Below, piece by piece: positions 33,990 through 41,881 of a stretch of DNA of 60,168 bases; position 1 is the first letter of the stretch, and every line of letters starts with the position of its first letter. The position numbers were made by a program, and so were the translations under genes. This stretch comes from an uncultured Chloroflexota bacterium (GTDB taxonomy: Bacteria > Chloroflexota > Limnocylindria > P2-11E). The stretch is taken from the NCBI GenBank assembly GCA_964609145.1, contig CAZSRI010000004.1, forward strand, positions 1-60,168, written 5' to 3'. The notes below the pieces were generated by a model that was given only the letters and a program-made list of their open reading frames with translations, had not been told where the DNA came from and did no database searches.

Positions 33990-34977
33990 GCGCGTCGTCA
34001 GCTACGCGCAGGCCCTCGCGGAGGCCGTCGACTCGATCATGGCCGAGGAGGAGCGCGCCGTCCTCGTCGGCGCGCGCTTCACGGGCTTCACCCCGAGCGC
34101 GCGCGTCATGGACCCGATCCTCGAGCGCTACGCCGACCGCATCGTGTGGCCACCGATCTCGGAGCTCGCGTACTGCGGCATCGCGATCGGTGCCGCGATG
34201 TCGGGGCTGCGTCCCATCGTCGAGATGAGCACGGCGACGTTCTCGTACGAGGCCATCCCGCAGATCGCGAACGAGGCCGCGATCGTCCATTCGCTGTCGA
34301 ACGGGCAGGTGAGCGCGCCTGTCGTCTTCCACATGCTGTACGGCCTGCGCGGATCGGGCGGCCCGCAGCACTCCGGCAGCCCGCAGAGCTGGTACTGGTC
34401 GACGCCGGGGCTGCAGGTCGCGATGCCGGCGACACCTGCCGACGTGAAAGGCCTGCTCCGCATGGCCGCGCTCCGCAGCAGCGGCCCGACGGTGTTCCTC
34501 GAGCACGGGCGCCTCATGGAAGGCTTCGGCGCCGTGCCCGAGGAGGCGTACGAGATCCCTTTCGGCGAGGCGAAGGTCGAGCGCGAGGGCCACGACGTGA
34601 CGATCCTCGCGACGTCGATCCAGGTCGTCCGCGCGCTCGAGGCCGCCGACGTGCTCCTGCGCGACGACGGGATCTCGGTCGAGGTCGTGAACCTCCGGAC
34701 GCTGCAGCCCCTCGACCGCGCGACCATGCTTCGTTCCACGCGCAAGACGGGCCGCGTCGTCGTGAGCGACGAGAGCCCGGATCCGGCGGGGGTCGCCGCG
34801 GGGCTCGCCGCGATCGTCGCGGACGACGCGTTCGACGCACTGAAGGCGCCGGTGCGGCGCGTCGGCGTCGTCCCGGTCCCCGTGCCGTACAGCGCGCCGC
34901 TGGAGGACGCGATCACGCCTCGGGTCGACCGCCTCGTGGGCGCTGTCCGTGCGATCCTCGGGATCGCGCAGCGATGA
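33982..34977 (+). CDS. ThDP-dependent dehydrogenase E1 component, beta subunit
   Basis: ATG at 33982 (8-nt overlap with alpha) gives 331 aa. ISELAYCGIAIGAAMSGLRPIVE, GPQHSGSPQSWYWSTPGLQVAMPATPADVKGLL, VEVVNLRTLQPLD. Confidence 0.85.
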   Translation: MPERVVSYAQALAEAVDSIMAEEERAVLVGARFTGFTPSARVMDPILERYADRIVWPPISELAYCGIAIGAAMSGLRPIVEMSTATFSYEAIPQIANEAAIVHSLSNGQVSAPVVFHMLYGLRGSGGPQHSGSPQSWYWSTPGLQVAMPATPADVKGLLRMAALRSSGPTVFLEHGRLMEGFGAVPEEAYEIPFGEAKVEREGHDVTILATSIQVVRALEAADVLLRDDGISVEVVNLRTLQPLDRATMLRSTRKTGRVVVSDESPDPAGVAAGLAAIVADDAFDALKAPVRRVGVVPVPVPYSAPLEDAITPRVDRLVGAVRAILGIAQR

Positions 34978-35432
34978 AAGACCTCTCGACGTTCGCGACC
35001 TCCTCGCCGCGCCAGACGTTCGTGCTCATCCCGCTCCTCACGCTCGCCGGCGAGCTGCTCTTCTCGCGGAGACCGCGGCCGCGGGTCGGATGGCTCGCGC
35101 TGTGCGCGGTCGGATACGCGCTCTATCGCGGTGCCGGAAGGTACCGCGAGATCGAGGGCGCGGGTACCCCTGGGTTCGCGCGCCCGCCGGTCCGCCTGCT
35201 CACGAGCGGGCCGTACGCCGTCTCGCGCAACCCGATGTACTTCGGCCACCTGCTCTTCCTCGCTGGCCTGGCGCTCGCGACGGGGTCGCCGGTCGCCGTC
35301 GGGGGGTTCGCGTGGCAGAGCTGGCGCCTCAGCGAGCGCGTGCACATCGACGAGGAGCGGCTCGAGCGTCTCTTCGGCGACGAGTACCGCGAGTACCTGC
35401 GGCGCGTGCCGCGCTGGATGCCGCTCCCCTAG
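34974..35432 (+). CDS. Membrane methyltransferase of the ICMT/PEMT (isoprenylcysteine carboxyl methyltransferase-like) family
   Basis: ATG at 34974 (ATGA overlap) gives 152 aa. LLTSGPYAVSRNPMYFGHLLFLAGLAL...EERLERLFGDEYREYLRRVPRW, the family signature. Confidence 0.75.
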   Translation: MKDLSTFATSSPRQTFVLIPLLTLAGELLFSRRPRPRVGWLALCAVGYALYRGAGRYREIEGAGTPGFARPPVRLLTSGPYAVSRNPMYFGHLLFLAGLALATGSPVAVGGFAWQSWRLSERVHIDEERLERLFGDEYREYLRRVPRWMPLP

Positions 35433-36400
35433 GGGTAGCGGAGGAGGTCACGCGCCGCGCGCTCGATCGCGGTCGCGCTCACGAGGTACGCGTCCTCGAG
35501 CGCGGGACTCATCGGCACCGGCGCGTGCGGGCCGCCGATCCGCGCCACGGGCGCGTCCAGGAAGTCGATGGCGTGCTCCTGCACGAGCGCCGCGACCTCC
35601 GCGCCGAAGCCGCCCTGCCGCGGCGCCTCGTGCGCGACGAGGCAGCGGCGGGTGCGACGGACGGAGGCGACGATCGCGTCGAGGTCGAGGGGCTGCAGCG
35701 TGCGCGGATCGATCACCTCGACCTCGATGCCGTCGCGCGTGAGCGCGGCCGCCGCGACGAGCGCCTCGCCGACGGCGCGCGAGGTCGCGACGATCGTCGC
35801 GTCGCGCCCGGGACGCCGCACCGCGGCACGCCCGAGTGGCACGGGCTCGAGTGCGGCGCCTTGCTCCTTGCGGAAGTAGAGGGTCTTGTTCTCGACGACG
35901 ACGACCGGATCGTCCGCGCGGATCGCTGACATGAGCAGGCCCGCCGCGTCCGCGGCCGTCGCGGGCATCGCGACCCAGAGCCCCGGCACATGGATGAGCC
36001 AGGCCTCGAGGCTCTGCGAGTGCTGCGCGCCCGAGCGCGTTCCCGCGCCGGCGGCGGTGCGGACGACGAGCGGACAGCTCAGCTGGCCGCCCGACATGTA
36101 GCGCGCCTTCGCGGCCTGGTTCACGAGCTGGTCGAGCGCGAGCGCGAGGAAGTCCATGTACATGATCTCGACGACAGGGCGCAGCCCCGCGAGCGCCATC
36201 CCCACCGCGACGCCCATGACCGTCCCCTCCGAGATCGGCGTGTCGTGGACGCGCCCGGCGAACTCCTCGGCGAGGTCTCGCGTCACCGCGAACGGTCCGC
36301 CCTCGGCGACGTCCTCGCCGAGCACGTGCACGCGCGTGTCGCGGCGCATCTCCATCGCCAGCGCCTCGTTCAGCGCGCCGCGGTAGGTGAGCTCAGCCAT
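35429..36400 (-). CDS. ThDP-dependent dehydrogenase E1 component, beta subunit
   Basis: ATG at 36400 gives 323 aa. MAELTYRGALNEALAMEM, ISEGTVMGVAVGMALAGLRPVVE, GAQHSQSLEAWLIHVPGLWVAMPATAADAAGLL, VEVIDPRTLQPLD. Confidence 0.85.
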   Translation of the reverse strand: MAELTYRGALNEALAMEMRRDTRVHVLGEDVAEGGPFAVTRDLAEEFAGRVHDTPISEGTVMGVAVGMALAGLRPVVEIMYMDFLALALDQLVNQAAKARYMSGGQLSCPLVVRTAAGAGTRSGAQHSQSLEAWLIHVPGLWVAMPATAADAAGLLMSAIRADDPVVVVENKTLYFRKEQGAALEPVPLGRAAVRRPGRDATIVATSRAVGEALVAAAALTRDGIEVEVIDPRTLQPLDLDAIVASVRRTRRCLVAHEAPRQGGFGAEVAALVQEHAIDFLDAPVARIGGPHAPVPMSPALEDAYLVSATAIERAARDLLRYP

Positions 36401-37337
36401 CGACGTCCGTCGTGAGCTCGGCCGCGTCGGGGAAGACGCTCCCACGGGCGAACGCGAGCGCGGCGGCGACGCGTTCCCGCGCGGCCGGCTCGGCCGCGCG
36501 CGCGTCGGCCTCGCTCAGCCATCCGCGCTCGACCGCGGTCCGCGCGAACCGCGCGACGGGATCCTTCGCTTTCCACTCCGCGACCTCGGCCGCGGCTCGG
36601 TACTTCGCGGGGTCGCCCTCGTAGTGGCCGCGCATCCGGTACGTCAGGCATTCGAGGAGCGCCGGACCGGTCCCCGCGCGGATCCCCGCGACGAGCGCCG
36701 CGGCGACCCCGCGGATCGGGACGAGGTCGTTCCCGTCGACGGTCGCGGACGGGACCCCATACGTCTCGGCGTGCCGGGTCACGCGCTCGACCGGCGTGTG
36801 CGCCGACCGCGGCGTGAACTCGGCGTAGCCGTTGTTCTCGCACACCAGCAGGACCGGAAGCCGCCAGAGCGCGGCGAGGTTCAGCGACTCGTGGAACGAA
36901 CCCGTCTGCACCGCGCCGTCGCCGAAGAACACGACGGCGATCCCGCTGCCGCGCTCGCGCAGCGCGAGCGCCGTGCCGAGCGCGAGCGGGATCGTCCCGC
37001 CGACGACACCCGTCGCGCCGAGCGTCCCGTGCGCGGCATCGACGAGGTGCATCGACCCGCCCTTCCCCTTGCAGAGGCCCGCCGCCTTCCCCATGAGCTC
37101 GGCGAGCACTCGGCCCGGGTCGGCGCCGCGCGCGAGGACATGGCCGTGGGCGCGGTGGCCGGTGTACACGCGGTCGTCGGCGATGAGGACGTCGCACACG
37201 CCGACGGCCGAGGCCTCCTGCCCGACGGAGAGGTGGATGATCCCGGGGACCTCCCCGGACCAGACGAGCTCGGAGACGGTCTCCTCGAACGCGCGGATGA
37301 GCCAGAGCCGCTCGAGGAGCGGCCGCGCGTCCGCGGG
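36393..37337 (-). CDS. ThDP-dependent dehydrogenase E1 component, alpha subunit; the conserved N-terminus has no canonical start codon
   Basis: The track ORF starts at GTG 37199 (268 aa). E1-alpha homology continues upstream in the same frame (PLLERLWLIRAFEETVSELVWSGEVPGIIHLSVGQEASAVG), right up to the TAG (37338-37340) that ends the preceding gene. No ATG, GTG or TTG occurs in between. ThDP motif FFGDGAVQTGSFHESLNLAALWRLPVLLVCENN. Confidence 0.7.
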   Translation of the reverse strand, partial: PADARPLLERLWLIRAFEETVSELVWSGEVPGIIHLSVGQEASAVGVCDVLIADDRVYTGHRAHGHVLARGADPGRVLAELMGKAAGLCKGKGGSMHLVDAAHGTLGATGVVGGTIPLALGTALALRERGSGIAVVFFGDGAVQTGSFHESLNLAALWRLPVLLVCENNGYAEFTPRSAHTPVERVTRHAETYGVPSATVDGNDLVPIRGVAAALVAGIRAGTGPALLECLTYRMRGHYEGDPAKYRAAAEVAEWKAKDPVARFARTAVERGWLSEADARAAEPAARERVAAALAFARGSVFPDAAELTTDVDG

Positions 37338-37895
37338 CTACACCCCCTTGCCGAAGGTGATGAGGTCGGTGCGCGTGAGCGTCGCGCACTTCGCCTTCAG
37401 CGGCTCGTTCTGCTTGTTCTGGAACCCGGGCTGGTCGAGGAGCTGGTAGCGCGCGACCCACGTCGAGAACGGGTCGCGCGAGGAGATCGCGTCCTCGGGG
37501 ACGGCGACCGTGATCCCCCGTTGGCAGCAGCCGAACGCCGTGTAGACGACGGCGCCGTTCGCGGCGGTGCCGACGCAGATCGCGTAGCGCATCCCCTCGA
37601 GCCGCGCCTCGAGGTCGGTGCCGTGGAACTTGTACGCGCTCGAGCGCGCGACGGGATCGTCGGCGCGCGGCTCGAGCTCCGCGAGGATCCTCTGCTCGGC
37701 GGCGCGTCCGAGCGTGAAGACGATCCGCGCGCCGGCCGCTCTCGCGCGCTCGAGCAGCTTCTTCACCGCCGGGATCGTGTCGCGCACCGATGGCGTCTGC
37801 GCCGACTGGTCGGTGAGGTCGAGGACGAGCACGGCCGTCGCGGCGGGGTCGAGCGTGACGGCGACGGGATCCGGGATCGTCGGCAGCTCGCTCAT
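37338..37895 (-). CDS. Isochorismatase-family cysteine hydrolase
   Basis: ATG at 37895 gives 185 aa. TAVLVLDLTD...KFHGTDLEARLEGMRYAICVGTAANGAVVYTA...ITVAVPEDAIS, characteristic of isochorismatase/nicotinamidase-fold amidases. Confidence 0.8.
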   Translation of the reverse strand: MSELPTIPDPVAVTLDPAATAVLVLDLTDQSAQTPSVRDTIPAVKKLLERARAAGARIVFTLGRAAEQRILAELEPRADDPVARSSAYKFHGTDLEARLEGMRYAICVGTAANGAVVYTAFGCCQRGITVAVPEDAISSRDPFSTWVARYQLLDQPGFQNKQNEPLKAKCATLTRTDLITFGKGV

Positions 37896-37905
37896 CGGTA
37901 CACCC

Positions 37906-38847
37906 TCATGCGGGCACCATCTCCTTCGGGCGCGGCTTGCCCGTTCCGTAGAAGTCCGGCCACCGCTCGACATAGGCGTCGCGGTAGTGCGCGAGGTAGT
38001 GGTCGGCGACCTCGATGCAGCGAGGGGACCATACGCCCGGCTTCTTCGTCGCGTACGCGAAGAACTCGCGCAGCACGCGCGCGCGGAACGGCCGGCCGAT
38101 GTTGAAGGGGTGCAACCCCATCGTCATCATCCCGGGCCGGCCGCCCTCGGCCTCGTCGTAGAGCTGGTCGAGCTGGTCCTTCCACCACTGAAGGAGCGAG
38201 CGCGGGTCCTTCCGCACGGAGCGCGCGAGCTGGTGGTCCGTGAGCCACGTGCCGTAGCTCATCGCGACGACGTCGCCCTTCTCGGTGCGGATCGTCACCG
38301 GCAGGTCCTCGTGCGTGAAGCCCATGTAGTAGCGGTAGCCGAGCTCCGCGACGAGCGGGAGGGTGGAGTGGTTCGGACGCTCGCCCGGCGAGATGTATCC
38401 GACGGGCCGCACGCCGGCGTGGCGCTCGAACGCCGCGACCGTCCGCTCGAGCTCGGCCTTCTGGACGTCGTCCGTCTGGCGCCAGGCGTAGTCGTGCCGC
38501 CAGTTCTCGGACGCGAGCTCGTGGCCGGCGGCGAGGATCTCCTTCGCGAGGTCCGGGAACGCCTCGACGCCCGCGCCGTTCAGGAACCACGTCGTCTTGA
38601 TCCCGAACTCGTCGAGCACGTCGAGGATCCGGTACGCGCCGCAGCGCTCGCCGTACATGCGGTCGGTGATGACCGCGATGTCCGTCGTGAAGAGCGAGCC
38701 ACTCGGGACGTTGTGCCGGAACGACTCCTGCGCCGAGCCGGGCTTCCCGAGCTCCTCCGGCCAGGTCTCGAGGACGACGCACGGCAGGATCGCGACGCGC
38801 GCGCCATTCGGCCACTCGATCGGACGACGCGGCATACGGATCTTCAT
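37906..38847 (-). CDS. Polysaccharide deacetylase/NodB-homology (PuuE-like) family hydrolase
   Basis: 313-aa ORF. RMYGERCGAYRILDVLDEFGIKTTWFLNG...GHELASENWRHD...GYISPG...MGLHPFNIGRPFR. Confidence 0.8.
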   Translation of the reverse strand: MKIRMPRRPIEWPNGARVAILPCVVLETWPEELGKPGSAQESFRHNVPSGSLFTTDIAVITDRMYGERCGAYRILDVLDEFGIKTTWFLNGAGVEAFPDLAKEILAAGHELASENWRHDYAWRQTDDVQKAELERTVAAFERHAGVRPVGYISPGERPNHSTLPLVAELGYRYYMGFTHEDLPVTIRTEKGDVVAMSYGTWLTDHQLARSVRKDPRSLLQWWKDQLDQLYDEAEGGRPGMMTMGLHPFNIGRPFRARVLREFFAYATKKPGVWSPRCIEVADHYLAHYRDAYVERWPDFYGTGKPRPKEMVPA

Positions 38848-38863
38848 CGGTCTCCTCCGCTGA

Positions 38864-40669
38864 TCAGCGATAGCGCGTGAGGGGTCGCCTGCGCACGACG
38901 GTGTCGACGAGGGCGGGCCGGCCGTCCTTCACGACGCGCAGCGCGCGCTCGAGCGCGGGGCGCACGCCGCGCGGGTGCTCGATAGGCCCCTCGGCGTGCC
39001 ACCCGAAGGACCGCGCGAGCATCGCGAAGTCAGGGGCCGGATCGCTGATGTCCATCCCGAGGAAGGCGTTCGCCTCGGGCGTGCCGCGGTGGCGCGCGAC
39101 GCGGATCTGGTGCTCCCAGTCGTTGTAGTACGCGCGGTTGTTGTACATGACGACGAGCATCGGCAGGCGGTCGTGCGCGGCGGTCCACAGCGCGCCCGGG
39201 TCGTAGAGGAGGTCGCCGTCGGGCTGGATGTCGACGACGAGCTTCCCGGTGCCGCGGTACGCGAGCGCGACGCCGAGCGAGGTGCCGACCTGCGTCGCCG
39301 TTCCGAAGCTCCGGCCGGGATGGCGCGCGGGCGAGTCCATGTCCCACAGGCGCAGCGCCCAGTCCTCCGCCGTGTTCGCGGTGAGCACCCAGTCCTCGTC
39401 CTTGATGACGTCCCAGATCTCGCTGGCCAAGCGCGCCGGCGTCATCGGCGCGTCGTCCCAGCCGCGCCGCGCCTCCTCGGCCCAGCGCGCGTGGATCTCG
39501 CCGTGCATGGCGGCGACGCGCTCGCGCCGCGCCGCGCGCGCCGGATCGTCCGAGCGCACGCGCTCCCGGACGAGCGCGTTCAGCGCGGGCATAGCGACCT
39601 GCGTGTCGGCGACGATGGAGAGATCCACCGGCTGCAGCTGTCCGAGATCCTCCGCCCACTTCGCCGTGCGCAGCTCCGAGAGGCCGAGGTCGATGACCGT
39701 GCAACCCGGCGGGATGCGCAGGCGCTTGCGGCGGTCGCGGCTGTCGCGGTCGAGCTCGTTCAGGACCCGATAGAGGTCGCCGACGTCGACCGCGAGCACG
39801 GCGTCCGCCTCCGCGAGCGGGTCGCCGCCCGTGACGTTGAGCGGATGCCGGCTCGGGAAGTTCAGCCGGCCGCCCGCGTCGATCACCGCCGCGCCGAGGA
39901 GCTCCGCGAGCGCGACGAGGTCGTAGAAGGCCGAGGGGTGCCGAGCGGTGAACTCGGTCGCGATGACGGGCCGCTTCGCCGCGGCGAGGATCTCCGCGGC
40001 GCGCTCGAGCGCGCGCGGGTCGGCCTGCGCGGGCGTCGGGAGCGCACCCGAGACGAATGGCGCGACGTCGATCGGCGCCGCGAGCTCGTCCTCCTGCAGC
40101 CCCGCGTCGTAGCAGAGGTAGACGGGGCCGGCGGGCTCCGTCGTGGCGATGCGGTAGGCGCGCGCGAACGAAGCGGGGAAGTCGCCGATCGTCGCGGGCT
40201 GGTCGTCCCACTTCACGTAGTCGCGGACCGCGTTCCCCTGCACGAGCGCGCTGTGGATCCAGTCGATGTGCGGGCGCCGCTTGCTCCGGTCGAGCGGCCC
40301 CGTCGCGCCGATGAGGATGAGCGGCACGCGGTCGACGTACGCGTAGTAGATCGTCATCGCCGCGTGGAGCAGGCCGACGACGTCGTGCACGATCGCCGCC
40401 ATCGGCTTGCCGGTCACCTTCGCGTAGCCGTGGGCGATCGAGACGGCGATCTCCTCGTGCGTGCAGAGGATCATCCCGGGCTTGTCGCCGCCGTAGTTGA
40501 CGATCGAGTCGTGCAGGCCGCGGTACGTCGCACCCGGATTGAGGGCCGCATATGGGATCTTGAAGCCCCGGAGGAGGTCGACGATGACGTCGGACCCATA
40601 GCGCTGCTGTCCGTACGAGCCCGGCACGAGGACGGGCGAGGACGCGGGGCGGGAGAGAACGTCGGTCAT
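38864..40669 (-). CDS. Thiamine-diphosphate-dependent enzyme (acetolactate synthase large subunit/benzoylformate decarboxylase superfamily)
   Basis: ATG at 40669 (GGGGAG upstream) gives 601 aa. GSDVIVDLLRGFKIPYAALNPG, HEEIAVSIAHGYAKVTGKP, PLILIGATGP. C-terminal ThDP motif DIQPDGDLLYDPGALWTAAHDRLPMLVVMYNNRAY. Confidence 0.85.
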   Translation of the reverse strand: MTDVLSRPASSPVLVPGSYGQQRYGSDVIVDLLRGFKIPYAALNPGATYRGLHDSIVNYGGDKPGMILCTHEEIAVSIAHGYAKVTGKPMAAIVHDVVGLLHAAMTIYYAYVDRVPLILIGATGPLDRSKRRPHIDWIHSALVQGNAVRDYVKWDDQPATIGDFPASFARAYRIATTEPAGPVYLCYDAGLQEDELAAPIDVAPFVSGALPTPAQADPRALERAAEILAAAKRPVIATEFTARHPSAFYDLVALAELLGAAVIDAGGRLNFPSRHPLNVTGGDPLAEADAVLAVDVGDLYRVLNELDRDSRDRRKRLRIPPGCTVIDLGLSELRTAKWAEDLGQLQPVDLSIVADTQVAMPALNALVRERVRSDDPARAARRERVAAMHGEIHARWAEEARRGWDDAPMTPARLASEIWDVIKDEDWVLTANTAEDWALRLWDMDSPARHPGRSFGTATQVGTSLGVALAYRGTGKLVVDIQPDGDLLYDPGALWTAAHDRLPMLVVMYNNRAYYNDWEHQIRVARHRGTPEANAFLGMDISDPAPDFAMLARSFGWHAEGPIEHPRGVRPALERALRVVKDGRPALVDTVVRRRPLTRYR

Positions 40670-40679
40670 GGCCGCTCCC

Positions 40680-41798
40680 CTATTCGTCGTCTTCGCGGAA
40701 GTCGCGCTGCAGCGCACGCGGGCGCCAGCCGTCATCGCGCATCGCGACGCAGTGGTCCAAGGGGAACTCCACCCAGACGTCCTGACCCCGCACCAGCCGC
40801 GTCGAGGGATGCGCGCGCGCGCGGACGAGCGTGTCGGCGACCGAGACGATGCAGTCGAGGTGGTCGCCGAGGAACGCGGCGATCTCGAGCCTGCCCTGGA
40901 ACTCGTTCGGCACGTGCGCCGGCGTCGCGCGCACGACGACGTTCTCCGGCCGCAGCACGAGGAGCGCCTTGTCGCCGATCGTCAGGCCGCCCTCGGTCGA
41001 GCAGCGCACCGTGCCGCCGAGCGCGCGGATCCCGCCGTCCGTCATCTCCCCGGCGAGGAACGTCGCCGTACCGACGAAGTCCGCGGCGAAGCCCGACGCC
41101 GGCGCACGGTAGATCTCGCGCGGCGTCCCCTCCTGCACGATCGCGCCGTCCTGCATGACGGCGATGCGGTGGGACAGGAAGAGCGCTTCGGCCTGGTCGT
41201 GCGTCACGTACACGGTCGTGATCCCGAGCCGCCGCTGCAGCTCGCGCAGCTCGATGCGCATCCGCTCGCGGAGCTTCGCGTCGAGGTTCGAGAGCGGCTC
41301 ATCGAGAAGGAGCAGGCGCGGCCGACGCACGAGCGCGCGCGCGAGCGCGAGGCGCTGCTGCTGCCCGCCGGACAGCTGCGGGGCGGGGCGGTCCTCGAGC
41401 CCATCGAGTCCGACGAGCGCGAGCGCGTCCTCGACGGTCTTGCGGACCTCGGTCTTCGAGGGCCTCGGCCTCGCCACCTCGAGCGGGAACGCGACGTTCT
41501 GGAAGACCGAAAGGTGCGGCCAGATCGCGTACGACTGGAACACCATGCCGATGTCACGCTTGTGCGGCGGCACGAAGTGGCCGTTCGAGGAGAAGACGCG
41601 GTCGTCGAGGCGGATCGCGCCGCCCTCGGGGCGCTCGAGGCCCGCGATGCATCGCAGCGTCGTGGTCTTCCCGCAGCCGGATGGTCCCAGCAGCGTGTAG
41701 AAGCGGCCGTCCTCCACCTGGAACGAGATGTTCTGGACGGCCTTCACGCTCCTGCGGCCGCCGTCGTACGTCTTCCGGAGCTCCTCGACGACGAGCAT
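40680..41798 (-). CDS. ABC transporter ATP-binding protein (PotA/FbpC-like importer ATPase)
   Basis: 372-aa ORF. Walker A GPSGCGKTT, signature LSGGQQQRLALARAL, Walker B LLLLDEPLS. C-terminal TOBE-like regulatory domain. Confidence 0.9.
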   Translation of the reverse strand: MLVVEELRKTYDGGRRSVKAVQNISFQVEDGRFYTLLGPSGCGKTTTLRCIAGLERPEGGAIRLDDRVFSSNGHFVPPHKRDIGMVFQSYAIWPHLSVFQNVAFPLEVARPRPSKTEVRKTVEDALALVGLDGLEDRPAPQLSGGQQQRLALARALVRRPRLLLLDEPLSNLDAKLRERMRIELRELQRRLGITTVYVTHDQAEALFLSHRIAVMQDGAIVQEGTPREIYRAPASGFAADFVGTATFLAGEMTDGGIRALGGTVRCSTEGGLTIGDKALLVLRPENVVVRATPAHVPNEFQGRLEIAAFLGDHLDCIVSVADTLVRARAHPSTRLVRGQDVWVEFPLDHCVAMRDDGWRPRALQRDFREDDE

Positions 41799-41881
41799 GT
41801 GTCCCTCCTACGACCTAGCGAGCGAGATCGGCGGCAGCTTGCTGGCGCCGGCGCGCGAGCGACGGGTGTGCATGCGAAGCA

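Noticed and set aside
37338-37340. Genome-wide reassignment of TAG as a sense codon, to explain the in-frame junction between the isochorismatase-like gene and E1 alpha.
   Set aside because: TAG terminates several well-defined genes in this window at positions where homologues end (the zincin gene, FAD subunit 1, BoxB-like, ICMT-like, M24, cupin). A global recoding is therefore not supported.
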